Under the pieces are notes generated by a model. That model was not told where the DNA came from, ran no database searches, and saw nothing but the letters and a program-made list of their open reading frames with translations. DNA of 64,000 bases from positions 21,342-85,341 of the forward strand of contig JAYPQH010000010.1 of the NCBI GenBank assembly GCA_038131935.1. The letters run 5' to 3'. Source of the DNA: Alphaproteobacteria bacterium. Lineage in GTDB: Bacteria; Pseudomonadota; Alphaproteobacteria; UBA8317. The first letter of the stretch is position 1; every line of letters starts with the position of its first letter. Below are positions 8,945-18,813 of this stretch, piece by piece. The translations under genes were made by a program, and so were the position numbers.

Positions 8945-9648
8945 TCGTTGCTGGAATCGTCTCATTCTTGTCTCCATGTGTTTTGCCTTTGGTTCCACCT
9001 TATCTCACTTTTCTTGCGGGTGTCTCACTTGAAGAATTGACAAGTGAGACAGAAAACCGCCCCACAACAAGGGTTATGTTATCCGCGCTAGCTTTTGTTT
9101 TAGGGTTTGCAACGGTATTTACACTTTTGGGCGCTGGCGCCAGTGCAATTGGGCGAATCATGCAGCAGAATTTTGATGTTCTCGCTATGGTTGGCGGTGG
9201 CATTATCATTCTATTCGGGCTGCACTTTCTTGGTGCGTTTCGTGTGGCTCTATTCTACCGAGAAGCACGCGTGCATTTGGAACGAAAACCCCCAGGGTTC
9301 TTGGGTGCTTATGTTATCGGTTTGGCGTTTGCGTTTGGGTGGACACCATGTGTTGGTCCTGTCTTAGCATCGATTCTGTTTCTTGCGGCTGGAGAAGAAA
9401 CCATTTTCCATGGTATGTTCTTGTTGCTATGCTACGCACTTGGTATAGGCATACCGTTCTTGCTAGCGGCAGCATTCGCGCATCCATTTATGGGATTTAT
9501 GGCTCGTTTTCGAAAGCATCTTGGAATAGTGGAGAAATGCATGGGGGCCATGCTTGTGGTTACGGGAATCCTTTTGATGACTGGAACCATGTCAGAAATT
9601 TCATATCTGCTTTTGGAATATTTTCCCGCCATGGGAACATTGGGTTAA
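8914..9648 (+). CDS. soxV: CcdA-type membrane disulfide reductase SoxV
   Basis: SFLSPCVLPLVP and FGWTPCVGPVL motifs, hydrophobic, directly upstream of soxX. Confidence 0.88.
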   Translation: MGFEIGFGGAFVAGIVSFLSPCVLPLVPPYLTFLAGVSLEELTSETENRPTTRVMLSALAFVLGFATVFTLLGAGASAIGRIMQQNFDVLAMVGGGIIILFGLHFLGAFRVALFYREARVHLERKPPGFLGAYVIGLAFAFGWTPCVGPVLASILFLAAGEETIFHGMFLLLCYALGIGIPFLLAAAFAHPFMGFMARFRKHLGIVEKCMGAMLVVTGILLMTGTMSEISYLLLEYFPAMGTLG

Positions 9649-9935
9649 TATACATTTTTTATTTTGTATCTGTACTAGGTTCCATAGAGATAGTGATACA
9701 GTTTTGTTCTTGATTGCTGAGGCTTGGAAAACATCTTCAAAGGATGTCACGTTATGATCAGTTGAATTTTTAGCGGTTTTTTTTGCTCTCAGAGGTTATC
9801 AACTAATGGACTACTGATGTTCTCATCTGTGAGTAACTTTTACGTTTACACTTGATGTGAAATAAACTACACTTTTATTATGTTGATCCGATCGGCATAA
9901 ATTAGAACAAAAAAATAAAAAACAAGAGGGGTGAG

Positions 9936-10386
9936 ATGATGCGGTTTGCAGCCTTTACGCTGGCAACCCTGATAGGGATGGGGGCAGCCTTTGCTGAGAT
10001 CTCGGCAAATGACGTAAAAATTGTTGATGGTGAAATAGCAACTTCCTTGACAGGTGTAGCTGGCGATTCAGCCAAAGGCGCTCTGGCGTTTAAAGGGCGA
10101 AAGCTTGGAAATTGCTTGGCATGTCATGCAAATTCAGACATGAAATCAGAACAATTCCATGGCGAGGTTGGTCCTGTCATGGACGGTGTGGGTGATCGGT
10201 ATACCGAAGCTCAGTTACGGGCTATTGTGGTGAATTCCAAAGCAGTTTTTTGGTGATCAAACAATCATGCCAGCTTTTTATAGAACCGAAGGGTTGAATC
10301 GGGTGGCAAAGAAGTTTGAGGGTAAGCCTATTTTGAATGCGCAGCAGGTTGAGGATGTTGTTGCTTACCTGCGCACGTTAAAATAA
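9936..10386 (+). CDS. soxX: SoxX c-type cytochrome, 1-nt insertion in T6 at 10246-10251
   Basis: GNCLACH heme motif. Removing one T gives AVFGDQTIMPAFYR...QQVEDVVAYLRTLK, stop 10384-10386. Confidence 0.92.
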
Positions 10387-10421
10387 TTTTTAGGAAACAA
10401 ACAAGAAAAAGGAGATCGTCG

Positions 10422-10874
10422 ATGGCGAATTTCTCACGTCGAGAAACACTCATGGCGGGGGCAGGGCTGGCTACTGTGGCCATGCTACCAATTTCATGGG
10501 CGCAAGCTAACCAATCACTGGTGGATAAAGCCCTTGCTGAGTTCACAGGTGGTAAAGATGGTGTTGAAGGTAAAATCTCTTTGGAGATGCCGGAGATTGC
10601 TGAAAACGGCAATACCGTACCTTTGACCGTATCCGTGGATAGCCCCATGGATGATGGCGATTATGTCTCAAGCGTTCTCGTGCTCGCAACTGGAAATCCA
10701 ACTCCTGGTGTTGTGACATTTCACTTCACCCCATTGAGTGGTGAGGCCAGCGCAACAACCCGAATGCGGTTAGGCAAGACACAGGATGTTCTGGCGATAG
10801 CAAAGACATCTAAAGGTGAAGTTTACAAAACAGCAACAACTGTAAAAGTTACCATTGGTGGCTGTGGCGGTTGA
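10422..10874 (+). CDS. soxY: Sulfur carrier SoxY
   Basis: Tat signal SRRETL, PEIAENGNTVP, C-terminal VKVTIGGCGG. Confidence 0.98.
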   Translation: MANFSRRETLMAGAGLATVAMLPISWAQANQSLVDKALAEFTGGKDGVEGKISLEMPEIAENGNTVPLTVSVDSPMDDGDYVSSVLVLATGNPTPGVVTFHFTPLSGEASATTRMRLGKTQDVLAIAKTSKGEVYKTATTVKVTIGGCGG

Positions 10875-10904
10875 TTTCCATCATAAATCAAGGAGAACGG
10901 TATT

Positions 10905-11228
10905 ATGGCAAGTAAGCCTCGTGTGAAAGCGCCCCGCAGTGCAAGTGTTGGTGAGGTGGTTACGATCAAAACTTTGATTAGCCACAAAATGGAAACTGGT
11001 CAGCGTAAGGACAAAAGTGGAAATGTAATTCCACGTAAAATTATCAATAAATTCGAATGTACATTCAACGGAGCTTCCGTTTTTAGTTGCGATATCCTAC
11101 CGGCTGTTTCTGCCAACCCATATTTGCAATTCACCATGAAGGTTCCTGGTGAAGGTGAGTTTTTGTTTAAATGGACAGATGACGACGGCAGTGTTTACGA
11201 GAAAAAATCAAACCTCAAGATAGCTTGA
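10905..11228 (+). CDS. soxZ: SoxZ
   Basis: IKTLISHKMETGQRKD, SANPY, WTDDDG. Confidence 0.97.
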   Translation: MASKPRVKAPRSASVGEVVTIKTLISHKMETGQRKDKSGNVIPRKIINKFECTFNGASVFSCDILPAVSANPYLQFTMKVPGEGEFLFKWTDDDGSVYEKKSNLKIA

Positions 11229-11238
11229 GGATGGTATT

Positions 11239-11271
11239 TTGTGGCGGTGAGTATCATCGCCACAATTCTTT
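11239..11271 (+). terminator. Hairpin between soxZ and soxA with short U-rich tail
   Basis: TTGTGGCGGTGA-GTA-TCATCGCCACAA (12-bp stem, one G-U) followed by TTCTTT. Confidence 0.55.
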
Positions 11272-11320
11272 GAAAAATATTAGAAAGTGCAAAAAAGCGC
11301 TCAGAATACAGGGGGTAACT

Positions 11321-12136
11321 ATGGTCAAATTGAAAACAACTGCAATGGCGCTGATGCTTGGCTTAGCAGTTAGTACGTCAGGGGTTGCATCAGAGCGTAA
11401 ATCGCTCCCAGCTCCTGAAGGGCATCCTTTGAGTGAAATTTTGTCTGGTTATGAGTTCAGGACGGACGAGACAAAACGCGTCCAAGATGATGATTTTGAA
11501 AATCCTGCTTTTTTATTGTTAGATCGTGGTGCTGAGCTTTGGAACACTGTCGATGGCGCGGCTGGAAAGTCATGCGCTTCATGTCATGGGGATGCGGCCG
11601 TGAGCATGAAGGGTGTTGGCGCTTCAATGCCGAAATGGAACAAACAACGGAATATGCCCATAACGGTTGAGCGGCAAATAAATATTTGTCGAGAAGAGCA
11701 GATGCAAGCCAAGCCTTGGAAGTGGCTCAAAGACCAGAACATGTTGGGAATGACCATATTTGTAAAAAATCAATCACGTGGGATGCCAATGAAGCCTGAC
11801 ATGGCGCCTGAAATGGAAGCTGTGCGAAAGAAAGGTGAAGAAATTTACTACACAAGGTATGGACAGTTGGATTTGTCATGCGCCAATTGCCATGAAGATT
11901 ACTATGGTAATTACATTCGTGCCGACATGTTAAGCCAGGGCCAAATCAATGGATTTCCAACATACAGATTCAAGTGGAGTGGTGTTGGCAATGTACATCG
12001 CAGATTTAAGGGATGTATGAAAAATATTCGCGCAAACCCATTTAAGCCTCAAGGTGAAGAATTTACAGCACTTGAAGCTTACATGTCATATCGGGGACAA
12101 GGTTTGCCTTTAGAAACGCCTTCAGTGCGCAACTGA
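11321..12136 (+). CDS. soxA: SoxA, diheme type
   Basis: CASCH and CANCH heme motifs, GFPTYR, active-site RFKGC. ATG 11321 follows GGGGG. Confidence 0.97.
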   Translation: MVKLKTTAMALMLGLAVSTSGVASERKSLPAPEGHPLSEILSGYEFRTDETKRVQDDDFENPAFLLLDRGAELWNTVDGAAGKSCASCHGDAAVSMKGVGASMPKWNKQRNMPITVERQINICREEQMQAKPWKWLKDQNMLGMTIFVKNQSRGMPMKPDMAPEMEAVRKKGEEIYYTRYGQLDLSCANCHEDYYGNYIRADMLSQGQINGFPTYRFKWSGVGNVHRRFKGCMKNIRANPFKPQGEEFTALEAYMSYRGQGLPLETPSVRN

Positions 12137-12148
12137 GTAGCTTTTAAG

Positions 12149-12177
12149 CCTTGGGTCACGTCGTTCTTGGCCCAAGG
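12149..12177 (+). other. Hairpin between soxA and soxB
   Basis: CCTTGGGTCA-N9-TGGCCCAAGG, no U tract. Confidence 0.5.
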
Positions 12178-12220
12178 GTGAACTCTAATAACATTTGTAT
12201 CATAGTTTCGGGGGTATAAT

Positions 12221-13909
12221 ATGTTCTCGCGCAGAGAATTCATGCAAGTCACAGCTGCAACAGCTGCAATTATGGGTGCACAAACACCGTTAGGTGCTCT
12301 CGCTGCTACCCAAAAAATATCCCAAAATGATTTGCTTGATTTCGAAAGCAAGGGAAACGTCACATTAATGCATTTAACCGACATCCACGCTCAGTTGGTT
12401 CCCGTCTATTTTCGAGAGCCATCCGTGAATTTGGGTATAGGAAATGTTCATGGCCTTGTGCCTCACATCACAGGGCGCGAATTTCTTACCCATTATAACA
12501 TTCCAAGAAATTCACTAGATGCTTATGCCCTTACCTATTTAGATTTTGCCGAAATGGCCTCGGAATATGGCCGTGTTGGTGGTATTGATCGCATGGCAAC
12601 TGTGGTTAATGCCGTTCGTGCTCAGCGTCCTAATAATACGCTCCTTTTAGATGGGGGTGACACCTGGCAAGGATCTTACACCTCATACCAAACCAAGGGT
12701 ATGGATATGGTGAAGGCCATGAATAAGCTAGGCTGTGATGCGATGACAGCTCACTGGGAATTTACCTATGGGACAGAGCGGGTAGAAGAGCTCGTTGAAA
12801 ATTTAAACTTTCCATTCTTGGTAGGCAACGTTCGTGATACAGAGTGGGATGAGCCCGTTTTTGAAGCCATTCAATACTTTGAAAGAGGTGGGGTAAAAAT
12901 TGCAGTGATTGGTCAAGCGTTTCCTTACACGCCCGTAGCCAATCCAAGACATTTTATCCCAAACTGGTCTTTTGGCATCCGCGAGGAAGAAGTTGCAAAG
13001 AATGTTGAAAAAGCTAGGTCTTCGGGTGCAGAATTGGTTGTGCTTGTCTCACATAATGGGTTCGATACAGACCGAAAATTAGCATCTAGGGTAAAGGGAA
13101 TTGATGTATTGCTTTCTGGGCATACCCATGATGCTGTTCCCGAGGCATTACCCGTTGGGAAGACGTTGTTAATTGCTTCAGGATCGCATGGAAAGTTTTT
13201 ATCTAGACTTGATTTAGATGTGCGTAATGGAGAAGTGAAGGACTATAGTTTCAGGTTGATTCCTATCTTGTCAGATGTCATTGCACCTGATCGTGAAATG
13301 ACCAAGCTTGTTCAAGAGATACGTGCGCCATTCCAAGATGTTATAAGTGAAAAATTGGCGACAACCGAGAGTACTTTATATAGGCGTGGTAACTTTAACG
13401 GTACGTTTGACGATTTGATCTGTGATGCTCTTTTGGAACAAAGGGACGCAGAGATTGCGCTGTCACCTGGTTTTCGTTGGGGAGCATCTTTGTTGCCTGG
13501 TCAACCAATAACTGTTGATGATGTTCATAACATGACATCTATTACGTATCCTGCAGCTTATAGAAATAAGATGTCTGGACAAATGCTGAAAGACGTTCTC
13601 GAAGATGTTGCTGATAACTTGTTCAATGAGGATCCGTATTATCAGCAAGGTGGAGATATGGTGCGTGTTGGTGGAATGGGTTACGCGATTAATCCCAATA
13701 AACCTTTTGGTCAGCGCATTACAAACATGCAACTTCTATCTACCGGTTCTCCTATTGAAGCTTCCAAGGACTACACAGTTGCTGGATGGGCAAGTGTCAA
13801 TGAAGGCACTGAAGGGCCAGCTATTTGGGATGTGGTTTGTGATTATTTGCGTGCCAAAAAATCAGTAAATGTCCAGCCACGTGATCAAGTCAAGTTAGTC
13901 GGTACTTAA
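12221..13909 (+). CDS. soxB: Thiosulfohydrolase SoxB
   Basis: Tat signal SRREF, HLTDIHAQL, LDGGDTWQGS, HWEFT, YRRGNFNGT, DPYYQQGGDMVRVGG. Confidence 0.98.
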   Translation: MFSRREFMQVTAATAAIMGAQTPLGALAATQKISQNDLLDFESKGNVTLMHLTDIHAQLVPVYFREPSVNLGIGNVHGLVPHITGREFLTHYNIPRNSLDAYALTYLDFAEMASEYGRVGGIDRMATVVNAVRAQRPNNTLLLDGGDTWQGSYTSYQTKGMDMVKAMNKLGCDAMTAHWEFTYGTERVEELVENLNFPFLVGNVRDTEWDEPVFEAIQYFERGGVKIAVIGQAFPYTPVANPRHFIPNWSFGIREEEVAKNVEKARSSGAELVVLVSHNGFDTDRKLASRVKGIDVLLSGHTHDAVPEALPVGKTLLIASGSHGKFLSRLDLDVRNGEVKDYSFRLIPILSDVIAPDREMTKLVQEIRAPFQDVISEKLATTESTLYRRGNFNGTFDDLICDALLEQRDAEIALSPGFRWGASLLPGQPITVDDVHNMTSITYPAAYRNKMSGQMLKDVLEDVADNLFNEDPYYQQGGDMVRVGGMGYAINPNKPFGQRITNMQLLSTGSPIEASKDYTVAGWASVNEGTEGPAIWDVVCDYLRAKKSVNVQPRDQVKLVGT

Positions 13910-13989
13910 GAGGAGCTGGATGCTAATTGGCTGAGAATCCAAAGAAAAAATACAGTAAAAAAGTGTGATAATAACGAAAAGGGGTGAAC

Positions 13990-15240
13990 ATGACAACAAC
14001 ACGTCGACAGTTCTTGACCGGTGCAGCTGTGACAGCCGGTGCCGTGGTATCCGGTGGTAAGGCATTTGCCGAGGCAAATCCGGAAAACTTACCGCCTAAT
14101 GTTGCAGATTGGAGCCGTTATCTGGGTGCCAGTGTAGATGACAATCCTTATGGTATGCCCTCAACATATGAGGCGGATGTTGTGCGTCGTTCGGTGGAAT
14201 GGTTGACCGCATCGAGGGAATCATCAATCAACTTTACACCACTATATGCTCTTGATGGGACAATAACCCCTTCCGGTGTTGCTTTTGAACGACATCATGG
14301 TGGAGCGCCAAGTGTAAATCCTGAAGAATATCGTTTGATGATTAATGGCCTTGTAGACAAGCCATTAATTTTTACATTGAATGACTTGAAGCGGTTTCCT
14401 CGTGTAACGAGGACATACTTCTTGGAATGTGCAGCAAATTCAGGAATGGAATGGCGTGGTGCTCAGCTAAACGGTTGTCAGTATACCCATGGTATGATTC
14501 ACAATATGGAATATTCAGGCGTTCTGCTTAAGCATGTTTTGGAAGAAGCTGGTGTAAAAACAAATGCACGTTGGATTCTACCTGAGGGTGCGGACTCTGC
14601 TGGAATGACGCGCTCCATACCTTTGGAAAAAGCTCTTGATGATTGTTTGATCGCGTTCACCATGAATGGCGAAGCGTTACGAGAAGAGCAGGGGTATCCC
14701 GTTCGGCTCGTGGTCCCTGGATGGGAAGGAAATATGTGGGTCAAATGGTTGCGTCGTATAGAAGTTGGTGATCAAGCTTGGCATCATAGAGAGGAAACAT
14801 CAAAATACACTGACCTCATGGAAAATGGTAAGGCCCGCCGCTTTACCTGGGTTATGGATGCAAAATCCGTTATTACATCTCCAAGTCCACAGGCACCAAT
14901 GCTGTCAAAAGGGCCTAATGTACTGACAGGGCTGGCATGGTCGGGTGCTGGTACAGTAGATCGCGTTGACGTCACCTTAGATGGCGGAAAAAATTGGTAC
15001 CATGCTCGGATAGAAGGCCCGAGGCAATCTATGGCCTGCGTTCGTTTTTACTTTGATTTTAATTGGGACGGTTCACCTCTGTTGCTTCAATCCAGAGCTA
15101 TGGATTCTACAGGTTATGTACAACCTACAAAAGATGCTCTGCGCAAAATCCGTGGTGAAAACTCAATCTATCACAACAATGGCATACAAACCTGGCATGT
15201 ACGCAGCAATGGAGAGGTGGAAAATGTTGAAATTTCTTAA
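13990..15240 (+). CDS. soxC: Sulfane dehydrogenase molybdoprotein SoxC
   Basis: Tat signal TRRQFL, FERHHGG, FLECAANSGMEW, VPGWEGNMWVKWLRR, SIYHNNGIQTW. Confidence 0.97.
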   Translation: MTTTRRQFLTGAAVTAGAVVSGGKAFAEANPENLPPNVADWSRYLGASVDDNPYGMPSTYEADVVRRSVEWLTASRESSINFTPLYALDGTITPSGVAFERHHGGAPSVNPEEYRLMINGLVDKPLIFTLNDLKRFPRVTRTYFLECAANSGMEWRGAQLNGCQYTHGMIHNMEYSGVLLKHVLEEAGVKTNARWILPEGADSAGMTRSIPLEKALDDCLIAFTMNGEALREEQGYPVRLVVPGWEGNMWVKWLRRIEVGDQAWHHREETSKYTDLMENGKARRFTWVMDAKSVITSPSPQAPMLSKGPNVLTGLAWSGAGTVDRVDVTLDGGKNWYHARIEGPRQSMACVRFYFDFNWDGSPLLLQSRAMDSTGYVQPTKDALRKIRGENSIYHNNGIQTWHVRSNGEVENVEIS

Positions 15241-15855
15241 AATAAAAACCATTTGTGTGGTGTTATCTCTAGCTGGTACTGTTCACGCTGGTGCTTTGGG
15301 ACTAGGTCGCTTGGCCACACCAGAAGAAATTGCGGGATGGGATATTGATATCCGTCCAGATGGCCAGGGGTTGCCAGAAGGCTCAGGTTCGGTGCTTGAA
15401 GGTGAAGAGGTATTCATTGAACAATGTGCGTCTTGCCATGGAGATTTTGGCGAGGGTGTTGACCGTTGGCCTGTGTTATCAGGTGGCCGTGGAACCTTAG
15501 CATCTCAGCATCCTGAAAAAACGATTGGTTCGTATTGGCCTTATCTTTCAACTGTCTATGATTACATTTACCGTGCTATGCCGTTCGGTAATGCCCAATC
15601 CTTAGAACCCGATCAAGTGTATGGGATCACAGCCTATCTGTTGTATATGAATGACATTGTTGATGACGAATTTGTCCTATCAAAAGAAAACTTTAATACA
15701 GTGAAGATGCCCAATGAAGATGGTTTTTCCAAGACGATAGATCTGAAACTGCACTTTGGAAACAGACAGATCCTTGCATGCGAAACTGTAAAGAAAATGT
15801 CGAGATCACTGGTCGTGCACGAATTATTGATGTGACTCCCGAATCACAAGACTAA
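15224..15855 (+). CDS. soxD: SoxD cytochrome, single heme motif, 1-nt deletion in T5 at 15724-15728
   Basis: GLGRLATPEEIAGWDIDIRPDG, CASCHG, KTIGSYWPY. The corrected frame reads DPCMRNCKENVEITGRARIIDVTPESQD, stop 15853-15855. Confidence 0.93.
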
Positions 15856-15878
15856 AACTATTAAGATTTTAAAAATAC

Positions 15879-15903
15879 GCGTCTCCAACTTTGTTGGAGG
15901 CGC
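15879..15903. other. Hairpin after soxD
   Basis: GCGTCTCCAAC-TTT-GTTGGAGGCGC. No U tract on the + strand; it sits next to the RBS of the following gene. Confidence 0.55.
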
Positions 15904-15913
15904 AAAGGGGTGG

Positions 15914-16801
15914 GTGATGAAGGCTATTGGACAAGCTTTATTCGTTGTTGCTTTGCTGGTTTCCACAGTTGGGCACACCAAAGAAGTGGCTCTAGATTTA
16001 GGAAAAGTTGTTGGTCTAGCCAATTATGATGCACAAGATGTGTCAGAACCTCTATTTCTGATAAACCATGGTACATTTATGCACAAAGATACTGAGACAA
16101 TCACGGCTCTTCACCGAGCTTTGTTTGATCGCGGGTTGTCAGTATTATCTATCACCCAAACGCTTGGAATATCGCAGCGCAAGGAAACTTATAATTGTGA
16201 ACGTAATGTTCATCGCGTCGATCATCGAGAAGCGGCATTTGAGATCAAGAGCTGGGTTTCTTGGGCAAAGGAACAGGGACATAAAAATATCTTTCTACTA
16301 GGGCATAGCCGAGGCGGAAATCAGGTCCTGCGAGCTTTGAAGAATGATGTGGTCGTCAAAGGTATCGTTCTGTTGGCACCAGCGCACCAACAATCTTTTG
16401 AGAATGGGCGAGAAACGTTTGAAAAGATGATATCTTTAGAAACAGACGCTTTTTGGAAGGACATCGAGAACAAAGACAAGCAAGGGGAAGGTGAGACTCT
16501 TGCCGATGCAAAAGGTTTTTTATATTGCCCAACCGGTGTTCCTACCATTAGAGCCCTGGCCGGTAGCTACCTCGACGATGGTCTATATGATACGCACAAA
16601 CTCGTATCTGAATTGAAAATTCCATCACTTGTGATTGCGGGAAGTGAAGACACAATTGTTCCAAATCTTGAAGTTGTTTTCCAGCCAATAGACAATGATG
16701 TTGAATTTGAAATGATTGAAGGTGCTAATCACTTCTTTCTTGATTTTTATGCAGATGATGCTGCAGACCTCATATTGGAATTTGTAAATAAGCATCATTG
16801 A
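15914..16801 (+). CDS. Exported alpha/beta-fold hydrolase, function unknown
   Basis: Signal peptide, HG oxyanion motif, GHSRGG nucleophile elbow, GSEDTIV (Asp), GANHFF (His). Confidence 0.85.
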   Translation: MMKAIGQALFVVALLVSTVGHTKEVALDLGKVVGLANYDAQDVSEPLFLINHGTFMHKDTETITALHRALFDRGLSVLSITQTLGISQRKETYNCERNVHRVDHREAAFEIKSWVSWAKEQGHKNIFLLGHSRGGNQVLRALKNDVVVKGIVLLAPAHQQSFENGRETFEKMISLETDAFWKDIENKDKQGEGETLADAKGFLYCPTGVPTIRALAGSYLDDGLYDTHKLVSELKIPSLVIAGSEDTIVPNLEVVFQPIDNDVEFEMIEGANHFFLDFYADDAADLILEFVNKHH

Positions 16802-16812
16802 GGACGTATAAT

Positions 16813-17792
16813 ATGCATGGCTGGTTATTGACGAAAGATGATGAAGGGCAGAAATCTCACTTTGGAGCTATTGATGACAAGGGCCTACCCGACGGCGAGA
16901 TAACCCTATCTGTGGAATACTCAACAATTAATTATAAAGATGGGCTTGCCTTTTCTGGTAAGTCTCCTGTTGTTCGCCAATTCCCGATGGTACCAGGGAT
17001 TGATGGTGTCGGTACGGTCATCAACAGTACTCTGCTGATATCCCAGAAGGTAGCCATGTTGTGATAAATGGATGGGGACTTGGTGAGACCCGTTGGGGAT
17101 GTCTGGCAGACAAAGCCGTTGTGCAATCACACATGACGGTGCCTTTGCCCAAGGCTATTTCGGCTGCGCAATCTATGCAGATAGGAACAGCCGGTTATAC
17201 GGCAATGTTATGTGTGCAGCGTTTGCTTTCTCATGGTCTTAAGCCCGAAGATGGCCCCATTATGGTTACTGGTGCGGCAGGCGGGGTAGGTTCGTTTGCA
17301 CTTATGTTTCTATCAGCACTTGGCTTTCATGCCGTAGCCATAACAGGTCGGGCCAATGAGGAGCCTTATCTTAAGTCACTTGGGGCAGCTGAAGTTAGGT
17401 CTAGAGATCAATTTGGAGAAAAATTCCGTCCACTAGAAAAAGAGCAATGGATGGGTGCCATTGACACGGTTGGGTCAAAGATACTCGCTCATATTCTCGC
17501 GGGTACGTCCCGAGATGGTTGTGTCGCTGCATGTGGACTTGCCCAAGGGGCAGATCTTCCAACTTCTGTGATGCCTTTTATTTTGCGCGGTGTCACGTTG
17601 GCAGGTGTTGATTCCGTTATGATAGATAAAAGCAGGCGCTTGGCTGCCTGGGAATTGATCGAGCAGCATTTTTGCTCAAAAAAATTGGATATCATTGCGG
17701 GAAATAGGTTTGAGTTGGAGCAAGCTGGTGAAGTCGCACAGGCTCTTTTGCATGGCGATATCAAAGGGCGCGCTCTTATAAAGGTTTCCTAA
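16813..17792 (+). CDS. acuI: Acrylyl-CoA reductase AcuI (YhdH/MDR family), 1-nt deletion near 17030
   Basis: YSTINYKDGLA, VPGIDGVG, IGTAGYTAMLCV, VTGAAGGVGS, VMPFILRGVTLAGVDSV across two adjacent ORFs. Confidence 0.88.
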
Positions 17793-18804
17793 TAGGAACG
17801 GCTTGCTCTAGCCAGATATCTAAGCAACGGTCCCAACTAAAGTTCCGAGCATGAGCCAATGCATCTTCACGTTGTAAGTCGCAAGCTAAACGTGCAGCCT
17901 GGCTTAGATCCTCATGCAAAACACCTGCCTTATTTGACGTCACAACATCAATGGGACCTGCAACTGGATAGGCTGCCACAGGCGTTCCGCATGCCATGGC
18001 TTCTAACATGACCAGTCCAAATGTATCTGTTCGTGAGGGAAATACAAAAACATCAGCAGAACGATAATACGTCGCAAGTTCCTCTCCAGATTTATAGCCC
18101 ACAAAGGAGACGTCAGGATAAGTGGAAGAAAGTTCGGCACGAGCTGGTCCATCACCTACGACGATCTTATGACCTTCCACCTTCATGGAGAGAAAGGCTT
18201 CAACATTTTTTTCAACAGCTATGCGACCAACATATAAGAACACAGGCTTGCTATCCGTTCTTGGTAGTTTGGGGCCATCAGGCTTAAAAATTGAAGTATC
18301 AACACCTCGCGTCCATAAAACGCAATTTTCAAAACCATGTTCCTCAAGTTCATTAATGATGGACAATGTCGGGGTTAAAACTGCCGCACTCTCTTGATGA
18401 AACCATTTAAGAAATTTGTAGGTGGCACGTTCCGGAACTGGTAGTCTCTTGGCAAGGTATTCAGGGAACCGTGTGTGAAAAGAGCTGGTGAACCGATAAC
18501 CACGTGCCAAGCACGTCATGCGTGTCCACAGGCCAACAGGTCCTTCAGTCGCAATATGTATATGATCCAAATCAGGGGATGAGATCATATCATTGATTGT
18601 TTGGACTGGCCACAACGCAAGCCGAATTTCTGGGTAGGTTGGACATGGAAATGATGTATGACCTTGGGGTGACACCACCCGAATCTCGATATCTCTGGTC
18701 GCAGATAGATCGATTAATGTTCGTAATGTCCGCACCACCCCGTTTACTTGAGGTTCCCAAGCATCAGTAGCCAAAAGAATTGTGCGTTTTGTTTTTTTTT
18801 CCAT
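17776..18804 (-). CDS. GT4 glycosyltransferase, Agt-like glycolipid synthase
   Basis: ATDAWEPQVNGVVRTL, IHIATEGPVG, FHTRFPEY, FPSRTDTFGLVMLEAMACG. Lies directly downstream of plcP. Confidence 0.85.
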   Translation of the reverse strand: MEKKTKRTILLATDAWEPQVNGVVRTLRTLIDLSATRDIEIRVVSPQGHTSFPCPTYPEIRLALWPVQTINDMISSPDLDHIHIATEGPVGLWTRMTCLARGYRFTSSFHTRFPEYLAKRLPVPERATYKFLKWFHQESAAVLTPTLSIINELEEHGFENCVLWTRGVDTSIFKPDGPKLPRTDSKPVFLYVGRIAVEKNVEAFLSMKVEGHKIVVGDGPARAELSSTYPDVSFVGYKSGEELATYYRSADVFVFPSRTDTFGLVMLEAMACGTPVAAYPVAGPIDVVTSNKAGVLHEDLSQAARLACDLQREDALAHARNFSWDRCLDIWLEQAVPIRKPL

Positions 18805-18813
18805 GTGTTTGCG

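Noticed and set aside
9649-9935. soxW remnant or small RNA in the soxV-soxX spacer
   Set aside because: No thioredoxin-like reading or stable structure seen. It is most simply the soxX promoter region.
10246-10251. Phase variation or programmed frameshift in soxX and soxD
   Set aside because: The runs are short, and the same kind of indel affects essential genes throughout the window.
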